Assembly (NCBI RefSeq): GCF_000372725.1
Contig: NW_005201259.1
Coordinates: 31,942-95,074, forward strand
Direction: 5' to 3'
DNA from: Emiliania huxleyi CCMP1516
Taxonomy: Eukaryota
DNA: 63,133 nt
Under the pieces are notes generated by a model. It made no database searches. It had not been told where the DNA came from and was given only the letters and a program-made list of their open reading frames with translations. Position numbers and translations under genes: made by a program. Of this stretch, positions 59,545 to 63,133 are shown one piece after another. The number at the start of each line of letters is the position of its first letter. The stretch's first letter is position 1.

Positions 59545-62500
59545 GCGCTGGACAGGCGATCTCTAATTTTGCGCCGGGCCCAGTGTTGTTGCTCGGCGAT
59601 TTCTTTTTGTCTTAGTGCCAGTGCGCGCCAGTCCCGCGCCTAGTGAGTAGTGTCGTGTGAGAGAGGTTGCATAAATAAAAATATATATGTAGGAAGTGGA
59701 ACCAGAAGATTGGGGGGGGGGGGGGGTACGAGTTGGCGGGACGAGGGCGGCGAATTGCGTGGTACTGCGTTCGCTGCCGCTGGCTGCACCTGGCTGCCGC
59801 CGGCTGCCGCTGGCTGCCGGGCGCCCGCCGCAAATGGAAGACGAGGACTACGTGGTGGCGGCGGCCGCGGGGGCCGCTGGCACACGAGGTGCTCGCCGCC
59901 TCCGCCGCGACGCGGTGAGGCACAGAGCATGGAGAGCCGAGCGCATCGGCGCATTGGGCCATCGCGTTGCTGTCAGGGCCTCGGCGACGGAGAGCGGGGC
60001 CGAGGAGGACGAGGCCGGGGCGGCGTTCAAGTGGAAGTGGAACATAGACGGAGGGGAGCTTAAATAGAGCAGGTTCAAAAGACTGTAGACTCCAGGAGAG
60101 ATCTGGGCGACGGGCCCGACGCACGAACACAGAGCTCAGACCTCAGAGGCACAGTGCGCACCCCGCCCCGCTCACAGGGCGTGCATCACACAGGCGTGGA
60201 CTGCGACTGTGATCTGTGTGACTCCTCTCGGGTTTCTGGGACTCGACAGAGAGGTGTGCTAGTCGCTACAGTCGGACGGCTCCGGCACGTCTAAAAGAAA
60301 GAAAGAAAACAGAGAACCCAAACGAGGGATGGGGGAGGAGGACAGGGTCCACACCTGCACGAGCAGGATTTTGGAAGGACGATCAGGGGCACAGGTGGGG
60401 CTCTCCTGCTCCTGACAAGGGACACGACAGGCTCGCAGCGCGGTGCACGGTGGAATCCCAACTCCACTGGCGGTCTCATCTCAGTCTAGCGACCTTCCTC
60501 CGGCTTCTCATCGGCAGTCTCTCACTACCACGGGCACACTGACACAGGGGTGGCAGGGGCGGCGGCATGAGTCTCCCACATACTATGCGGGCCTCACTAT
60601 AGCTAGAGGTGCGGCCTGCGCGTGTCCTCGCCCTTGGGAAGGTCTTGAGGGGGGAGGGGAAGGGGCTGTGTGTCTGTGCATGCATGCATGTGTGTGTGTG
60701 TGTGTGCGTGTGCGTGTGCGAGCCGCCCTCGTCTGATGAGTTAGCCCTTGGAGCACTTGGAGTGCAGTCATTAACCGCACATCCAGGGCCGGGGAGCTAA
60801 GAAGCGCACCCAGCGGGCCGGATGATTGGCATCGGGTTACGGGCTAGAGAGCCCTAGCCCCGGGGGTGCGCGTTCGCAGGGCAAGGGCCTTAAAGTAAAC
60901 ACGGGTCTCCGAGGGTTAGCTCCGCGCTCCAGGTTTCCCCTAGCAGCAGAACGCCCCCTCTACTCGGAGCTAGTAAACACTCGACACGGACTCGACACGG
61001 ACTCGACGCCCGCCCACACCCCCGGCGCCTCACCACTCCGGACCCCTCTTCGTGGTCTCGAAGGGGAGGGTGGTGGTGGAGAGGAAGGCAGAGGAGGGGG
61101 CGGCGGCGGCGAAGGTGGCGGAGGGGGCGGCGGTGGTGACGGGGGAGGCGAAGGCGAGGGAGGGGGGCTTGGTAGAGGAGAGGAGGGCGGCGGCAGCAAC
61201 GGGGAAGGCGGAGAGGGTGGCGGCGGNNNNNNNNNNNNNNNNNNNNNNNNNNNNNNNNNNNNNNNNNNNNNNNNNNNNNNNNNNNNNNNNNNNNNNNNNN
61301 NNNNNNNNNNNNNNNNNNNNNNNNNNNNNNNNNNNNNNNNNNNNNNNNNNNNNNNNNNNNNNNNNNNNNNNNNNNNNNNNNNNNNNNNNNNNNNNNNNNN
61401 NNNNNNNNNNNNNNNNNNNNNNNNNNNNNNNNNNNNNNNNNNNNNNNNNNNNNNNNNNNNNNNNNNNNNNNNNNNNNNNNNNNNNNNNNNNNNNNNNNNN
61501 NNNNNNNNNNNNNNNNNNNNNNNNNNNNNNNNNNNNNNNNNNNNNNNNNNNNNNNNNNNNNNNNNNNNNNNNNNNNNNNNNNNNNNNNNNNNNNNNNNNN
61601 NNNNNNNNNNNNNNNNNNNNNNNNNNNNNNNNNNNNNNNNNNNNNNNNNNNNNNNNNNNNNNNNNNNNNNNNNNNNNNNNNNNNNNNNNNNNNNNNNNNN
61701 NNNNNNNNNNNNNNNNNNNNNNNNNNNNNNNNNNNNNNNNNNNNNNNNNNNNNNNNNNNNNNNNNNNNNNNNNNNNNNNNNNNNNNNNNNNNNNNNNNNN
61801 NNNNNNNNNNNNNNNNNNNNNNNNNNNNNNNNNNNNNNNNNNNNNNNNNNNNNNNNNNNNNNNNNNNNNNNNNNNNNNNNNNNNNNNNNNNNNNNNNNNN
61901 NNNNNNNNNNNNNNNNNNNNNNNNNNNNNNNNNNNNNNNNNNNNNNNNNNNNNNNNNNNNNNNNNNNNNNNNNNNNNNNNNNNNNNNNNNNNNNNNNNNN
62001 NNNNNNNNNNNNNNNNNNNNNNNNNNNNNNNNNNNNNNNNNNNNNNNNNNNNNNNNNNNNNNNNNNNNNNNNNNNNNNNNNNNNNNNNNNNNNNNNNNNN
62101 NNNNNNNNNNNNNGGGGGTCCTTTCTTCCCTAAAAAGGAAAAAATACTCCGGCGGGCGCCCTCCCCTGAGGGGAAAGGGTCACCCATCTCTACCAGTTTT
62201 TGCGGAAAAAAAACCCAAGGGCACCGGCGCCTCTTCCTGCCTCTTCCTAGGGCTTCTTCTTCCGGCGTCTTCTTCCGGCTTTTTTTCCCACTTTTCTTTC
62301 CGCTTCTTCCTCCGGCTTTTGGCCCTTCCCACCCTCCCTTCGGGTTGTCTAAGAGAGGGAAGTCCTTCCCAGGGCCCCCCTTTAGGGGGGGGGCACCCCC
62401 CCCCCCCCCCCCTCCCATACTCCGCCCCCTGGATCACCTCCCCCGACGGCCGCCTCGCCCCCTCCCCCTCAAGCCCCTCCTCCTCCATCCCCCTCCCCTC

Positions 62501-62555
62501 CCCCCTCCCCCCCCCCCCTCCTCGTCCGACCCCCCCCCCCCACCTCCACCCCTAG

Positions 62556-63090
62556 GTGGTGACCAACTGCATCAACGCACTCAACGAGATCCTGGCGGCC
62601 GAGGGCGGCATGGCAATCAACAAGCCAATCATCCACCACCTCCTCAACCGCATCAAGGACTTCGCCCCCGCCCCGCCCCACTCATTCCTCCGCCGGAGCC
62701 CCGCCCCACCGGGCCAGCGAGCCGACCCAATAGGAGTTCAGCGAGTGGTCCCAGTGCGTCGTCCTCGAGCTCGTAATTAATTATTAATTAATTGATAGGA
62801 GTTCAACGAGTGGTCCCAGCGTCGTCCTCGAGCTAATAATATAATAATAATAATAATAATAATAGGAGTTCAACGAGTGGTCCCAGTGCGTCGTCCTCGA
62901 GCTCGTAATTAATTATTAATTAATTGATAGGAGTTCAACGAGTGGTCCCAGCGTCGTCCTCGAGCTAATAATAATAATATAATAATAATAATAATAATAA
63001 TAGGAGTTCAACGAGTGGTCCCAGTGCGTCGTCCTCGAGCTCGTCGCGCGCTACAAGCCCGAGTCGCCGCAGGAGACCGTCGACACCACC
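62556..63090 (+). CDS. Beta-adaptin fragment (AP-4 beta-like), partial
   Basis: [13 protein letters not shown]...[29 protein letters not shown] resembles beta-adaptin N-terminal trunk sequence. Confidence 0.7.
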
Positions 63091-63133
63091 AGCAGGCTCG
63101 AGGGGCGGCGGAATTCGTTGGTCACTCTTGAGG

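Noticed and set aside
62114..62550. Poly-C/G/T-rich stretch after the large gap
   Set aside because: Likely low-quality gap-adjacent sequence.
62731..63045. CRISPR-like repeat-spacer array
   Set aside because: The repeat is exon sequence, the spacers are low-complexity and recurrent, there are no cas genes, and the context is eukaryotic.

Overview
GC-rich eukaryotic genomic scaffold with N gaps. Short GC-AG introns, 10-11 bp intronic minisatellites and the gene content suggest a haptophyte alga such as Emiliania/Gephyrocapsa (inference). Recognisable host genes: Bin3/MePCE methyltransferase, NAD(P)-binding Rossmann protein, two tandem actins, AP-2 mu, aldo-keto reductase, M50B peptidase, alpha/beta hydrolase, zincin, PPR-HMA protein, 2OG-Fe(II) oxygenase and a beta-adaptin fragment, interspersed with many TIR/MITE-like repeats. 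The most notable feature is an apparently intact 7.47-kb tyrosine-recombinase (DIRS/PAT/Ngaro-like) retroelement at 10705-18174 with an unusual two-module layout: A1-[YR]-B1-A2-[DUF4326-like(-), CCCH gag-like(-), RT-RNaseH(+)]-B2. Repeat A is 266 bp and repeat B is 136 bp. The B-A 'circle junction' lies in the middle of the element, the gag-like ORF is antisense and divergent to RT, the recombinase has HSSH in place of HxxR, and there is no target-site duplication.
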